Assembly (NCBI GenBank): GCA_951406725.2 | Contig: OX597818.1 | Span: 86,242,001 to 86,306,000, forward strand | DNA: 64,000 nucleotides | Source: Octopus vulgaris | Taxonomy: Eukaryota | Reading direction: 5' to 3' | Part shown: positions 42,063-55,635 of the stretch, piece after piece | Layout: each line of letters begins with the position of its first letter | Position numbering within the stretch: the stretch's first letter is position 1 | Made by a program: the position numbers and the translations under genes | Notes under the pieces: generated by a model | Databases searched by the model: none | Seen by the model: the letters and a program-made list of their open reading frames with translations, nothing else | What the model was told of the DNA's origin: nothing

Positions 42063-42519
42063 TACAACAGTCTTCTTTCAGTTTCCGTCTACCTAATCCA
42101 CTCAGAAGGCTTTGGTCGGCTCGAGGTTATAGCAGAAGACACTTGTACAAGGTACCACGCAGTGGGTCTGAATCCCGAACCATGTGGTTGGGCAGTGTGC
42201 GTTCATACATACATGAATGCATAAATACATGCATGCATGCATGCATACATACATACATTCATACATACATACATACATACATACATACATACATACATAC
42301 ATACATACATACATACATACATACATACACATATGTATACACGAGAAGCCTCTTTCAGTTTTCGTCTACCAAATTCACTCAAAAGTATTTGGTAATCCCG
42401 ATGCTATAGTAGAAAGCACTTGACTAAGGAGCTATGCAGTGGGACCGAACCTGACAGCTTGTCGCTAAAAAGCAAGCCTGTTGCCACACGGCCATATGGT
42501 TAACATCTTACGTAATTCC

Positions 42520-43320
42520 AAAACAAGTATTTGCGGGGATTATAAGGTTAGTGTAAAACTACCACCAGTTGTACACAAACATCCAGTTCCTAGAGCTTAA
42601 GATCTATTCAAAATGTTAAAGAGCTTTTTGCAAATATTACTCCAGAATGGTTATTCCACTTTGAAAGCTTGCCATTTTTTCCGCCATCATCGCCAGCCAT
42701 ATTTCAGAAAATCACTGATTCGTTGACAAGTGGGTTGAATAAAGGCTGTGGCTTATTTCGATGATATATTGGTGAGAGGTGAAAATAGACAAGAAGACGA
42801 TAGAATTTTGTCAGGATTCTTTTTTTTACAAAATATAGAAGAATTTGCATTACAACAAAATGGAAAAATGCCATGTTTTTACAATTTGGAGTGAATTACT
42901 TAGGAAACAAGTTAACTGGCACCGACAAGCTAACAAGGAGAGAGAAAGAGAAAGAGAAATAGCCAAAACAATTGAAAATTTCCCCAAACCAGAATAAATT
43001 TAAAGGATTGGAAATGTTTTTTTTTTGGTGGGGAAAATGAATTATCACGGAAAGTTTTTGAAAATTTTTCCAATGATTTGTAGGCCATTAAATGGATTGA
43101 GGAGAAAGGATAGAATTATTTTGGAGAAAATGGCCACTTGGATGCGACAAAGATTTCAATTTGTTGAAGAAAATGTTGGTTGAGAAAACAGTGTTAGTTC
43201 ATTATCAGGAAACAAATTTACTGTTTGTTGTAAGAGATCCATTTTAAAGTAGACTATTTAGAGTCAAAAATTAAGAGCTGGAGAAGAAGACCTGCTGTAT
43301 TTGGGTCCAAAGATGAGCTG
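42520..43320 (+). pseudogene. Gypsy/Ty3 pol remnant (RT to start of RNase H)
   Basis: ICGDYKVSV..HPVPRA*DLF, LPF..SSPAIFQKITD, VAYFDDILVRG, EKCH, NYLG, MNYHGKFL..PLNGLRRKD, VLVHYQ, GEE.RPAVFGSK. Many frameshifts; no LTRs found. Confidence 0.8.
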
Positions 43321-43861
43321 AATGTGTTATGAACTCACTATCATTGAAAAACTGTGGCGTACACAACAACGACTAGCGTATTTGCGTTTGAATCTGTGGA
43401 AACGCATTAAGAATAAACAGTCAACTCATCCTTTCAGATATCACTATACACCGCTGAAACTATAAACCGCTGAAACTATAAACAAAGCCACTAACTAGTT
43501 CCTCCGGCTGACCAGACTCGGCATGTCGAAACAACGGTGTCCCAAAATCCCTCTGTTGAACAGTTTACAAATATAATCAATATTTATTTGGAATCCAGTA
43601 TCAGTGAAACCGCAAAACAGTACGCTAAAAGTGAATCCTGTTATGATTATCACTGATCTGTGATAACACGGGTCAGCAATCAGTAAAAGATTCTGCTTGA
43701 ACTGCAAAAGCGTGCCCTAGAGACCATCCACAATACTCAGAGCAGCTTCGATGTTTAGTAACAAAACCCTATTTCCTCATGTTCAATTATTCATTTATGC
43801 TGATTCATTTAACACAGCGCATTTTTTAAAACCGAAAAGCCGTGGTAATACATATATACCT

Positions 43862-44238
43862 TTATTCTTTCACTTGTTTCAGTCATTTGACAGTGGTCAT
43901 GCTGAAACACTGCCTTAAAGGCTTTTAGTCGAACAGATCGAACCCCAGGACTTATTCTTTGCAAGCCTAGTACTTATTCTATCGGTCTCTTTTTGCCTAA
44001 CCGCTAAATTACGGACATAAACTCACTAGCATCAGTTGTCAAGCGATGGCGCGGGAACAAACACACACGCACACACATTTATATATACGATGGGCTTCTT
44101 TCAGTTTCCGTCAACTAAATCCTCTCACAAGGCTTTGGTCAGCTCGAGGCTATAGTCCAAGGTGCCACACAGTGGGACTGAACCCAGAACCATGTGGTTT
44201 GGAAACAAGCTCCTTACCATACAGTCACACCTGAGCCT
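43862..44238 (-). mobile_element. SINE family A
   Basis: Near full-length match. Confidence 0.85.
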
Positions 44239-45242
44239 ATTGTTTATTGATTTTAAAACACCATAAAATCCTGAAGAACGTTTGTCTAAAACACCTTATG
44301 TTTATATATACCGGAGTGTGCATAAATTAAAGATTAATATTTTAGATGAGAAAGAAGAAAGGAAAAAAAATTTTTACCTGGAAGTAACTGACGATGATCG
44401 ATAAAGCACCAATATCAAGAGATCAAAGTCAGTCAACATGCATACAATTAAATCATTTGTCTGTACTTTCAGCATGAAAAAATGAAAACAATTCCCTCAA
44501 GATTTGAAAAAACTGACCATTAACTAGATTTCTAACATTTGCTGGAGAACTGTTTCAATGACATGTGCGTGAATGTGTACGCACACACAAATATGTCTAT
44601 GTTTCTGTCTATCTAACTATCTATCTGTCTGTCTGTCTTTACATACATATGTGTTTGTGTGTGACTGCCTTCCCCATAGGCACGTCCAAAAACTTTCTAA
44701 GGTTGACAATGCTCGTACGACTGAATGACCACGTGAGCAGTTCGTGCCACCTGAAAACAAAACACGAAAACAATAATATTGTAGCTGACCATTTTCCATG
44801 GCGAATAGTAACAATAGAGACACACACACACATACACACATCGATACATATACATATTCATAGGTATACACACGCACACACACATTGTTATATTCGAAAT
44901 CTATCATGTCTAATAACGTCTTTAAATACACTCTCCGGTTGTTGTTTGCCTAGATATCCCTTCTCTTTTCTTTTCCAAAGCAGATCATGCTTATTGAATA
45001 CACACACACGCTCACACGCATGCACACACATACACCCACCCACGCACACACACACACACATACACACACATATATACATATATGCGTGTGTGTGTATATA
45101 TAGATACATATATACATATGTATATATGTGTATGCGTATATAAATATATATATATGTTCATGTATATATATATATATGCACACATACATATATAAATCAT
45201 ATTTATATATACATATACACACACACACTATATATATATATG

Positions 45243-45289
<47 letters not shown>

Positions 45290-45305
45290 ATGTATGTATG
45301 TATGT

Positions 45306-45387
<82 letters not shown>

Positions 45388-45896
45388 GCATATTTATTTG
45401 TAAGGACATTGAGAACGTGGGTGTATAAAAACAGCTATTAGTTGGTTTAAAGTTATGACGAACGACTAAATGACATTAATAATAAAAAAAAAATTAAGGA
45501 AACAAATAAAAAAAATGAAAAATCCATTTTGCAACCAGCCAGAAGAACAACATTTCTTTTTTTTTGCAGAAGATTCGACAACTAAATAGAATGAGGAAAA
45601 AGCTGAGCAACTGGAGAAAAAGGTGCGGCAAATGTAAAGGAGGTCAGTTGCGTTAGCAGGCATAATAGAATCTAATGAAGCTGCTTTGCATCAACGGGGG
45701 CCATCGTTGAAACAACCAACTTAACTCATTCAATATGGCGATAAAATATATAGGATATTGATTTTTTTTTTGTTTCCGGTTGTTATTTTGTTTTGTTTTT
45801 GTTAGTATTTTTTAAATTTTTTTTATGGGTAGTTTCTTTTATATTTTTTGTTTGTTTATTGTTCTTTTTAGGGAAAACAAAGAGAAGGTAGTAAGT

Positions 45897-46392
45897 GAAG
45901 AAGAAGAAGAAGAAGAAGAAGAAGAAGAAGAAGAAGAAGAAGAAGAAGAAGAAGAAGATGAAGAAGAAGAAGAAGAAGAAGAAGAAGAAGAAGAAGAAGA
46001 AGAACAACAACAACAACAACAACAACAGCTACAACAAGACGGAAGCGATAAAGGAGGTAAATGAAAGTGTGGGAGGACAAGGTGAGAAGGAAATGTTGAC
46101 ATAAAAAGAGGGAAGGAGAGGAGCGGGGGAAGAGAATGAGGAGGAGGAGGAGGACAAGGAGAAGAAGAAGGAGGGCAAAAGGAGGTGAGAAGGAGGAGAC
46201 GGTGAAAGTGATGGTGATGGTGACGACGATGATGATGAAGAAAAACAAATATAAATTTAAAAGCGAAGAAGAAGGAAGAAACAAGGAAGTAGGAGTAAAG
46301 AAAAAGAAAAGGAAGATATTGTAGAAGAAGAAGAAGAAGAAGAAGAAGAAGAAGAAGAAGAAGAAGAAGAAGAAGAAGAAGAAGAAGAAGAA
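45897..46392. repeat. (GAA)n/(CAA)n and purine-rich low-complexity tract
   Basis: Directly visible. Confidence 0.9.
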
Positions 46393-46696
46393 GGGGAGGA
46401 GATGGTGGTGGAAAACAAAGCAAAGCAAGGGAAAAAATGGTATTATTTGCTAATGAAGCTATTTGTTCTTGGAAGGTGAGAAACAGACAGAGAGAATCTT
46501 ATAAGTAAAAGTTTTGTATTATTCTTAAGTGAGAAGTTAGTGTGATAATGTGAAACAGCATAAAAGGAAGACATAGTCTCTTTGCATTGATTTCATCACT
46601 TATTGAACTCTTCTCTTTATTCATCCTTCAGTAATCTTATGGCTGTTTGTATCGCTTTATAAGTACATAAAATATACGTTTTATATATGATCACTC

Positions 46697-47460
46697 TGCG
46701 TTTCACCATTTGAGGTTAAATTAGCTCTTTCCACGGTCTGGTTTCAATTCCCGCCGAGGTCAAATTTGCAACGTACTGTGTTTCGAATCTTACAGTGATC
46801 CACTTTAAATTTCATTCTTTCGTGCTAATAGTTCTGAGTTCAAGTCCTACCACGGTCAATTTTGCTTTTTTCCTTTCAATGTCGATAAAATACAGTGCCA
46901 GTTGGGGTACTAGAGAGAGTAGGTATTCTGTGTTTCGAATTCCACTGTGATCCACCGTACATTTCTTCTTTTCGGGGTTCAATTAGCTCTCTTTAATTTC
47001 TGGGTTCTTTGTGTTTTTTTTTCCTTTCGAGGTCAATAAAATAAAACCAGTCAGTTACTAGAACTTATAGGTTCTGGGTTTCGAATTCCAGCGTGATCCA
47101 TTTTGCATTTTGTCCTTTCAGGGTAAAATAGCTACCACTGCGTTCTGGGATCAAATCCCGCCGAAGTCAACTTCCTCTTTCTTCCTTTCAAGGTCGATAA
47201 AATAAAGTAACAGCCAGGTACTGGAGCAAGTAGATTCTGAGTTTCGAATCTCAGCGTGGTCCACTTTGTATTTCTTCTGATCGGAGTTAATTAGCTTTCT
47301 TTACTTTGTAGATTCAAATCCCGCCAAGATCAACTTTGTCCTTCTGCCTTTCAAGGTCAATAAAACCGTCAGGTACTTAAGTAAGTACATTCTGAGTTTC
47401 GAATTCCACAATGGTCAACTTTGCATTTCATACTTTCGGGCTGAATAAATAGACTAGCTG
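46697..47460 (+). repeat. SINE-B-derived tandem array
   Basis: Roughly nine or ten ~70-90-bp units, each starting with a TTCTGxGTT(T)CGAA/TTCAAA-like motif followed by part of the Nin-like core. Confidence 0.7.
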
Positions 47461-47720
47461 CCTGATAATTAGCAGGAGAGAGAGAGAGAGAGAGAGAGAG
47501 TGAGAGAGGCATCAATCTAATCGATCAAACTCACCATCAACCCTCCACCTTCAAAATTGTCACATTATGCCTCTGTAAGTAATCGATATCATTACTGAAT
47601 TTCAGTTAGAACCAGTCAAGCACTAGGGTCAATGGAATCAATTGTATCTTTCTCTGCAAAAAAGTATGGCCTTACTTATATGTTGGAAAATCGTTACTAC
47701 ACTTTGTTGCAGTAGTAGTG

Positions 47721-47809
<89 letters not shown>

Positions 47810-48017
47810 TTTTGTTGTTGCTGATTTTTATCGCTGAAAGACGTCGACTTCAATCAGCTCCTGTTTGACTAGTTTTAGTGTTTGTTTTCTCAAACGGAAG
47901 CTTGTCTTTTATTGTTGATTTATGAAAGAAAGGGGAACGCGCTTATTATTATTATTATTTTTATTTTATTTTACATACATATAAACACAAATATGTATAA
48001 TACAGACATACATACAA

Positions 48018-48115
<98 letters not shown>

Positions 48116-48148
48116 GGATATAGATCCATACGTATATACATACATACA

Positions 48149-48184
<36 letters not shown>

Positions 48185-48299
48185 TATATATTATATATAT
48201 ATATATATATACACGCACATATTTATACAGATATGCATTTATACATATAGTAATACATATATACATATATATGTATTCATACACACACACATATATATA

Positions 48300-48341
<42 letters not shown>

Positions 48342-49518
48342 TATGCGTGTGTGTGTGTACGTATTCCTTGTTTAGTGAAAGAACTGTTGTTCCATTCATA
48401 CAACATTCCCGACAGAAATCCATATCAATATGGCCGCTATGGTGTGGGTGGGAGATGAGACCCATAACGATGGTAACAGCTAAATTATAACTTCCTTGGA
48501 GAGTCCAAATAAAATATAATAATAAAAAAAAGAGAGATCTTTTGTGTGTTATGAACAATTGTTCAAATAGCAGAAATAATTCCAATACGTTAACAATAAA
48601 CTCAACAACAACACTTACATAAACAATAAATGACAATAGAGAGAACAAAAATATTAGTGGTGATGTAGACACATGCGAAAATGAGTGCAAAACAACACTG
48701 AAAAACGGCGACAGTGGTGAAAGCTGCAACAATAAGAACACGATAATAAAAATACTACAGTGAAAATAAAATTACAATTGTCTGCAAGTGTCTGAATGTC
48801 AATGTAATGGCTGAAAAAAAAAAAAAGAGGCTCGGTTGTATGTCAGAAGGGATCAAGGAATATTAATCACAAAAGAATCATGCGAATTAAGAAGGAGGAA
48901 GGGAATGATTTTGAGAAAGATCCCTCAATAGATATGGTATCTTGTAAGCCTGCCCACGAACGATATCGGGGATGTAAAGTTGAGTGAAATGAGGCCGAAC
49001 CTAAACCGTGTCAACAGGAAGGTGTTAACGATTCTCCTTTTTGTATATGGACGTTGTTTTTCATACAGAAGAATAGGTTAAAAATATACCATCAAGGCAC
49101 AAGTGACGGAGAGGTCACGCTAGTGCCTCTTAGAAAGAGGGTGAAATTTTGCGAGGGTCATAGCAATGATAATACCGGCAGAGAGGAACCATTAAATTGT
49201 CATGATTTCGTAAAAAAAACTTCGAAGAATTGTTTGACAAAAGTACAGATTGGCTCTAGAAGAGCTTGTATTTTGAGAGGTAGTTTAAGTTAAAGAATAC
49301 AAAGCATATAAACCGTAACAAAAATATACTTAATAATACACAATTTTTTATGTTATCTCCAAGCAACCAGTTTCTGAGTTGTCGAGAAAAATGTTGACTA
49401 GTTGAACAAACTAACATACAACGGGGTATAATATAAAAGAGAGCGTCTTAAGTACTCTAACAAAACAACGAAGTGAAGTAGTAATCCTTAATTGAGATTT
49501 CATACACAATGCCTAGAG

Positions 49519-49796
49519 CAGTGTTTCCCAAACTATTTTCCCCCAGGCCCTACTATAACTTTCGGGGAGAATGTATGCCCAACTGTGGTTGGAAAGTAAA
49601 CAATTTTATTTTAATACTTTATCACAATTATTTAATAGAAAAGAATCTACTGGTATCTCTTTTATTAAGTACTGAGTACAAAAAAAGGACATTATTGACT
49701 AGCAAAAAAAAAAAATGATTTTCACAATCCCATGTCTCACAAAATGGATTCCCACGTCCCACCGGTGGAGCGTATACCCCAGGTTGGGAATCACTA
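49519..49796. mobile_element. hAT (Charlie-like) MITE
   Basis: TIRs CAGTGTTTCCCAAAC / GGTTGGGAATCACTA; 8-bp flanks GCCTAGAG and GTCTAAAG (6/8), close to the nTCTAGAn target. Confidence 0.75.
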
Positions 49797-49830
49797 GTCT
49801 AAAGTTAAACTCCGAAACTATGTCATGAAA

Positions 49831-50133
49831 TCACCTTGATCACCTTCACCTTGACCGACCAGTCCGTCAGGCGTCCATTTAACACCGCTTGTCACAGCAT
49901 GCTGTCCACTCCTCTCTGGATCGCGCCTTTCTCATCCACGTGATCCCAAACGTCCTCCTGAAATCGTAACTCCACCGTCGTGGAGGCCTTCCGGGTGGTC
50001 GTTTCCGCTCGCGCGGGTACCACTCGAAAACTGCGCGGGTCCACCGATTATCGGTGAGCTGGGCGACATGTCCAGCCCATCTAAACTTGCTGCGTGTATA
50101 CTCAGCGATGACATCCCTCACGCTGGACTTTCT
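49831..50133 (-). mobile_element. RTE LINE 3' end
   Basis: KFRWAGHVAQLTDNRWTRAVFEWYPRERKRPPGRPPRRW; short 3'UTR ending in AAGGTGA repeats. Confidence 0.9.
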
Positions 50134-51111
50134 GCCTTATGATGGGGTTTAACTATTGATGTTCTAACTAAAAAAACCACTTTATTGCAGTTGCTATCGC
50201 AGAAAGGAGAGAAAATAGTTAGACAACGCAGTTAATGGAATAATTTACTCTTATAATCTGTAAAGATCCTTGACCACGGCCGATAAAGTATAGCTGAATT
50301 AATGATTTTGAAGTGAGCAGTCTTCTATGTAAGACATCCTAATACTGATTATGAAAACGAATTGCTGCGAACGATGACGATTCGAGATAAACTACAAGGG
50401 TACGGCATTTCTTTCAGCTAGATGTGTCGATGATGTTGATCGCTGATTTCCGCAATTATAACTGACGGAGCCACCTGTCATTCGAGTTGAGTAATGAACT
50501 GCCTCGCTGTTTTATTTTTCAAAAGGTTTAGGAGAGAACCTCTTCTCATTTTTGCCAAATTTCATCAACTTCAAGTACTACTTAAAACAGATGGTCATTG
50601 TAGCCTTTTAGCAAATATTAAGAAACCTGAATGCACAGAGTAAATTTGTTTTAAATGAAGGTAAATACACACATAAACACACACACAAACACACACATAC
50701 AATGTTATACACACATATATACTGTTATACATACGTGTGTATATATGTGTGTCTGTCTGTCTGTCTATGTGCGCGCACTTCAAAAGAAAATAGATATGAT
50801 AGCGACAAATCTTGATCATAGTTCTGCTTGATTACAGCTGAATCTAATTACAATATTGTAAGAGATGCTACTTCGTTGAAGGTTTCAAAAATGTCTGATC
50901 TGATCACGTTTTTCGAATTGCTTTACAAAATGTCTTTTTTTGTTGTTGGTATTTTTTTCTCTTCTTAGTTGAAATAGAGTGAAATTGTTATTTGTATCAA
51001 CAACGTATATTTTGAGAACAAAATTCGCGGATATTGGTCTTCTCCAGTAGTTTTATAAGCACTTATCCGCCAGATGAAATCAAATAACCTTGTTTTTCCC
51101 AAACGAAAAAT

Positions 51112-51428
51112 TCCATTGCATGGCACCTTGGGTAAGTATCTTCTGCTATAAACCCGGGCCAACCAATGCCTTGTAAGTGAACTTAGTAGACGGAAACAAA
51201 AAGAAGCCTGTCATGTGTATATATTGTCAAAAAACTACAAAAAACTAAGGCTCACAAAGACGAGGTGAAAGGACAAAAAACAGAGTGTATTATTTTAACG
51301 CTCATGACAAAGCTGAAAGAAGTCTTGACGTTTCGAGCCTAAGCCCACTCTTCTACAGAAATGAATGGATTGATGAGGAGAGAAAATAAGATGGAGAAAA
51401 AAATGTGTGCGTGTTGAAAGACCAACGC

Positions 51429-51459
<31 letters not shown>

Positions 51460-51735
51460 TGTGTGTGTATTTATGTAATATATATGTATGAATGCGTTTG
51501 TGTGAAAGTTTGTATTTGTCTCTTCCCCCGCGCAACATTTGACAGCCGGTGTTTGCTTGTTTATGCCATCGAAATTTCGTGGTTCGGCAAAGTACAACGA
51601 CAGAATAAGGAGCAAACTTTTTCTTTATTAAAAAGAAAAGTACGTATTGGAGTCGATTTGTTCGACTAAACCAATCAAGGCGGTGCTCCAGCATGGTTGC
51701 AATCGAATAACTACAACAAGTAAAAGATAAAAGAT
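51112..51735 (+). mobile_element. SINE A interrupted by a minus-strand pLTR-like element (~51225-51420)
   Basis: Head at 51112-51212 and tail at 51510-51735; the insert carries a degenerate minimal HHR at 51324-51361. Confidence 0.65.
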
Positions 51736-52466
51736 AAATTAACTTGTGCTCTATTTCCTTTTCTTCCAGCTGTGCCACTCTTCTGAACAATTCTCAGATT
51801 TACAGCAGTTTCTCTCGGTGCTGATCAAACAGAAGATGGGGTTTAGCTATTGATGTTCTAACGCAAAAACCACTTTATTGCAGTTGCTATCGTTGGACAG
51901 AAAGAGAGAGGGATTTGTATAATATCATCCCCAGACGATTTAATGGTTGAAGAGAATAATTGTCATGTTACGGACATCTGCGATGCAGATCAATCGATAA
52001 TTATTGAGAAATGATCGAAACTGTTATATCTGCAGAGTTTGTGTATGTATATTAGATGAAGATGCTTTACTGACGAGAATTCTGTCAAAGAGAATATTCC
52101 CCGTAGTAGTCAATGCAATCCATATTGAAAACACGAAAGTTTTCAGGATTAACAATAATTCCTTGAGCATTTTATAAACTATATTATCTGACACGTCAAC
52201 AACAATGATATCTATTTTATTATATACTGTATACCAATGTTGAAAAATATATTGTAAAGTATTTTGTAAGCTGCAAGCTGTACTGTATAGTGTTAGATAT
52301 ATCATGTAAAATATCATGGAGGTGATGGTGAAGGCGGTGGATCTTTATCTGTTTCGACTATGAGGATTCAGTTGTCGATCAAATGAATTACTTGCTCCTG
52401 AATTAATGTTAAGTCACTGAGATTTCCACAAACATTGTAACCTTAACGTATTGTATATATATATAT

Positions 52467-52535
<69 letters not shown>

Positions 52536-52538
<3 letters not shown>

Positions 52539-52880
52539 CAGTATCGCTCGGCGTTGCTCGAGTTTGTTTCGACCCTTTAGAATTGGAATTTTTGAAAAGT
52601 AAAATTTTGCATTATGTAGCTTGTTATTCTCTTTAAGTGAACATTTTTCTGATTGAAATACACCGAAAAATGGCGACACAGCAGTTAGAAAATCGTAAAA
52701 AATAGGGATTTTTATAGAAAACCAAGCACCTTTTTGATTTAAATAATTTTTGGTGTTAACATGTTCCGATTTGATTTTTTTCTTCCACGGAAGGAAGAGC
52801 AAGCCTTCTTCTATCATACTCTCAATTTTGGTTAACTTGCCATACACAGACAACTTCAGCTTTATATATAGAGAGAGATA
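52536..52880 (-). mobile_element. Non-autonomous Helitron-like element
   Basis: The minus strand starts ATCTCTCTCTATATATAAAGCTG and ends with the hairpin CTCGAGCAACGCCGAG followed by a degenerate CTAG next to (TA)n. Confidence 0.55.
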
Positions 52881-53004
52881 TGACAGTAGTTTCTCGTAGT
52901 CCGAAGAAGAGGATTCTGCAATTTCTTGCTAAACAACCTGTATAAATGGTTTGTTTATAGAGATCAAATGTTCGTGCTACACATTAGATCATTCCTACCT
53001 ATTT

Positions 53005-53216
53005 CTTTACTGCCCACAAGGGGCTACACAGAGGGGACAAACAAGGACAGACAAACGGATTAAGTCGATTACATCGATTCCAGTGCGTAACTGGTACTTA
53101 TTTAATCGAGTGCGAAAGGATGAAAGGCAAAGTCGACCTCGGCGGAATTTGAGCTCAGAACGTAAAGACAGACGGCTACGCATTTCGCCCGGCGTGCTAA
53201 CGTTTCTGCCAGCTCG
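53005..53216 (-). mobile_element. SINE family B
   Basis: Head and Nin-like core match the 40378 copy; different tail. Confidence 0.8.
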
Positions 53217-53763
53217 CATTAGATCATTTCTACCGTCAAATGAACGTTGCTGGCGCAGGTGCACAGTGTAGCAGAGCAACGTGAGAAGAAGTGTTTTGCT
53301 CAAGAATACATCATACCACTCGGTCCAGAAACTGAAACCACAATCTCACAATCATGAGTGCAATACTCTAACCACCAGGCCATGCACACTCACACCATTA
53401 ACGCATTACTCTGGCAGAATCAGCATAACACAGAATATAACAAGTACGGGTTTACTTGTGTAATCCATCCGATAGGCTTCTATCTAGTTTCCATCTACCC
53501 CTTTTCACTCACGAGCTATGCATCGAGTGAAGGCTATAGAAAAAGAAATTTTCCCATGTTACCACGCAATGGGATTGAACACTGGTCACCGCTCTTGCGA
53601 AATGACTTCTTAACCATTCTGAAAAACTGCGCCTACACCCTGTGCCTAAATCCTCAACTATTACAATGCATGTGTGTGTTAGCTTCGTTACCTTATTCTT
53701 TGTAGATGTTGATGTTATAATTTCTGTCGTGTGAGTGAATTTACCAGTGTTACTACAGGGACT

Positions 53764-54066
53764 GGAGGCGCAATGGCCCAGTGGTTAGGGCAGCGGACTC
53801 GCGGTCGGAGGATCGCGGTTTCGATTCCCAGACCGGGCGTTGTGTATGTTTATTGAGTAAAAACACCTAAAGTTCCACAAGGCTCCGGCAGGGGATGGTG
53901 GCGACCCCTGTTATACTTTTTTTACCCCAACTTTCTCTCACTCTTTCTTCCTGTTTCGTGAGTAACGCTGCGATGGACTGGCGTCCCGTCCAGCTGGGGG
54001 AAACACATACGCCACAGAAACCGGGAAACCGGGCCCATGAGCCTGGCTAGGCTTGAAAAGAGCTGA
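53764..54066 (+). mobile_element. SINE family C (tRNA head, Meta/V-domain-like centre)
   Basis: A box TGGCCCAGTGG, B box GGTTTCGATTCCC, GCGATGGACTGGCGTCCCGTCCAG..ACAGAAACCGGG. Confidence 0.85.
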
Positions 54067-54135
54067 AAGAAAAGAAAGACTACAGGGATTATTTATATCG
54101 AGGGTGTTATATAAATAATATTAGTTGTATTTTGA

Positions 54136-54452
54136 AAGCGCACGGCTGTGGTTAGAGCGTCGGGCTCACAATCATGAGCTAGCGAGTTCGATTCCCGGAC
54201 CGGGTTCTGTTGAGTTCTTGAGCAAGACACTTTATTTGACGTTGCTCCACTTCACTCAGCTGTAGAAATGAATTGCGACATCACAGGTGCCAAGCTGTAT
54301 CGGCCTTTGCTTTTCCCTTGGATAACATCAGTAGCGCGCGGAAGAGAGGTTGGTATATATGGGTGACTGCTGGTCTTTCACAAACAACCTTGCCCGGTCT
54401 TGTCTCGGAGGGGTACTTCTTAGATGCAATCTCATGGTTATTCATGACCGAA
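54136..54452 (+). mobile_element. SINE family D variant
   Basis: tRNA head and CTTGAGCAAGACACTTTATTT core with a different tail. Confidence 0.7.
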
Positions 54453-55140
54453 GAGGATTTTTACTCTTTGATATGTATTATATTAACAGTTGGACTTTAC
54501 CCTTTGGCCTGCTCAAAGTAGGCATCTGCCACATCACGTCTCTAGCATAGCTGCAAGAATGATGTGCATTGCTCAACCCCGGCCAAACCTACGAAAAAAT
54601 ATGTTTTTGGTCCTCGTAGATGATAGCATGTGAGGATAATGGCTCAAGCCACGTCTAGTAACTAAGTAGTAGTAGTAGTATCATCATGTAGAATATGGCT
54701 TGAAATAGATAATGGCACTAAGGAGGAAATCTAAACTTAATAGCGTAAAGAATCTGGCATCCTCTCGGTAAATGTCCGAGTTCAAAGAACGACATGAAAG
54801 TAAATATAACTGCAGCTTACGAAATGGTACCATCTGAAGGATGACGCCTCCCAGAAGAAAATAGCAAAGAAATTGCATGACTGCAATTGGTAAAACATGC
54901 TGCTCGAGAATAGCATCGACCCAAGGAGCGAGTACATAGAAAGTAGAATTAATCCAAAGATAGACCTTCCATGTAAGACAGACAATGGTCTTTTATTAAC
55001 AGGAAGCGTTTATTATATACTCCCTATTTTATTTTGATTGATTGAAACTCATAATTTGGCCCAAATATTAAACACTAAAGTATCGATTATTTTCTCCTAA
55101 TAATTATAGGAATCAGCTATGTTGCTATGGAACGTCATAT

Positions 55141-55588
55141 AGAGAGGGGGGAGGGGAGAGGAGAGAGAAAGAGAAAGCGAGAGAGAAAGAAAGAGAGAGA
55201 GGAGAGAAGAGAAGAGAAGAGAGAGAGATATTGAGCCAAAGGGAAAGATATGGTGAACCTGAGAGAGAGGGGGGAGGGAGAGAGAGGGGGGGAGGGAGAG
55301 AGAGGGGAGAGAGAGAACCAGATAAAGACAGGGTGAGCCAGAGAGAGAGAGAGATGGGGAATCAGAGAGAGAGGGGGAGAGAGATGGTAAGTAAGAGAGA
55401 GAGATAGAGAGAGGGAGGGAGGAAGAGAGAGGAAGAGAGAGAGATAGAGATGATAAATCAGAGAGAGAGAGACAGTAAGAAAGCGTGATAAACGAGAGAG
55501 AAAGAGAGAACGCTGGTACGCCAGAACGTGTGAGAGATGGCTAGCCAGAAAGAGAGAGAGAGAGAGAAAGAGACGGTTAGCTAGAGAG

Positions 55589-55630
<42 letters not shown>

Positions 55631-55635
55631 AGAGT
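55141..55635. repeat. (GA)-rich low-complexity tract
   Basis: Directly visible. Confidence 0.9.

Noticed and set aside
46697-47460. CRISPR-like array
   Set aside because: The units are degenerate SINE fragments without unique spacers, in eukaryotic DNA.
53764-53835. tRNA gene
   Set aside because: It is a tRNA-like SINE head that continues into a repeated SINE body; the same applies to 26068, 29396 and 36052.
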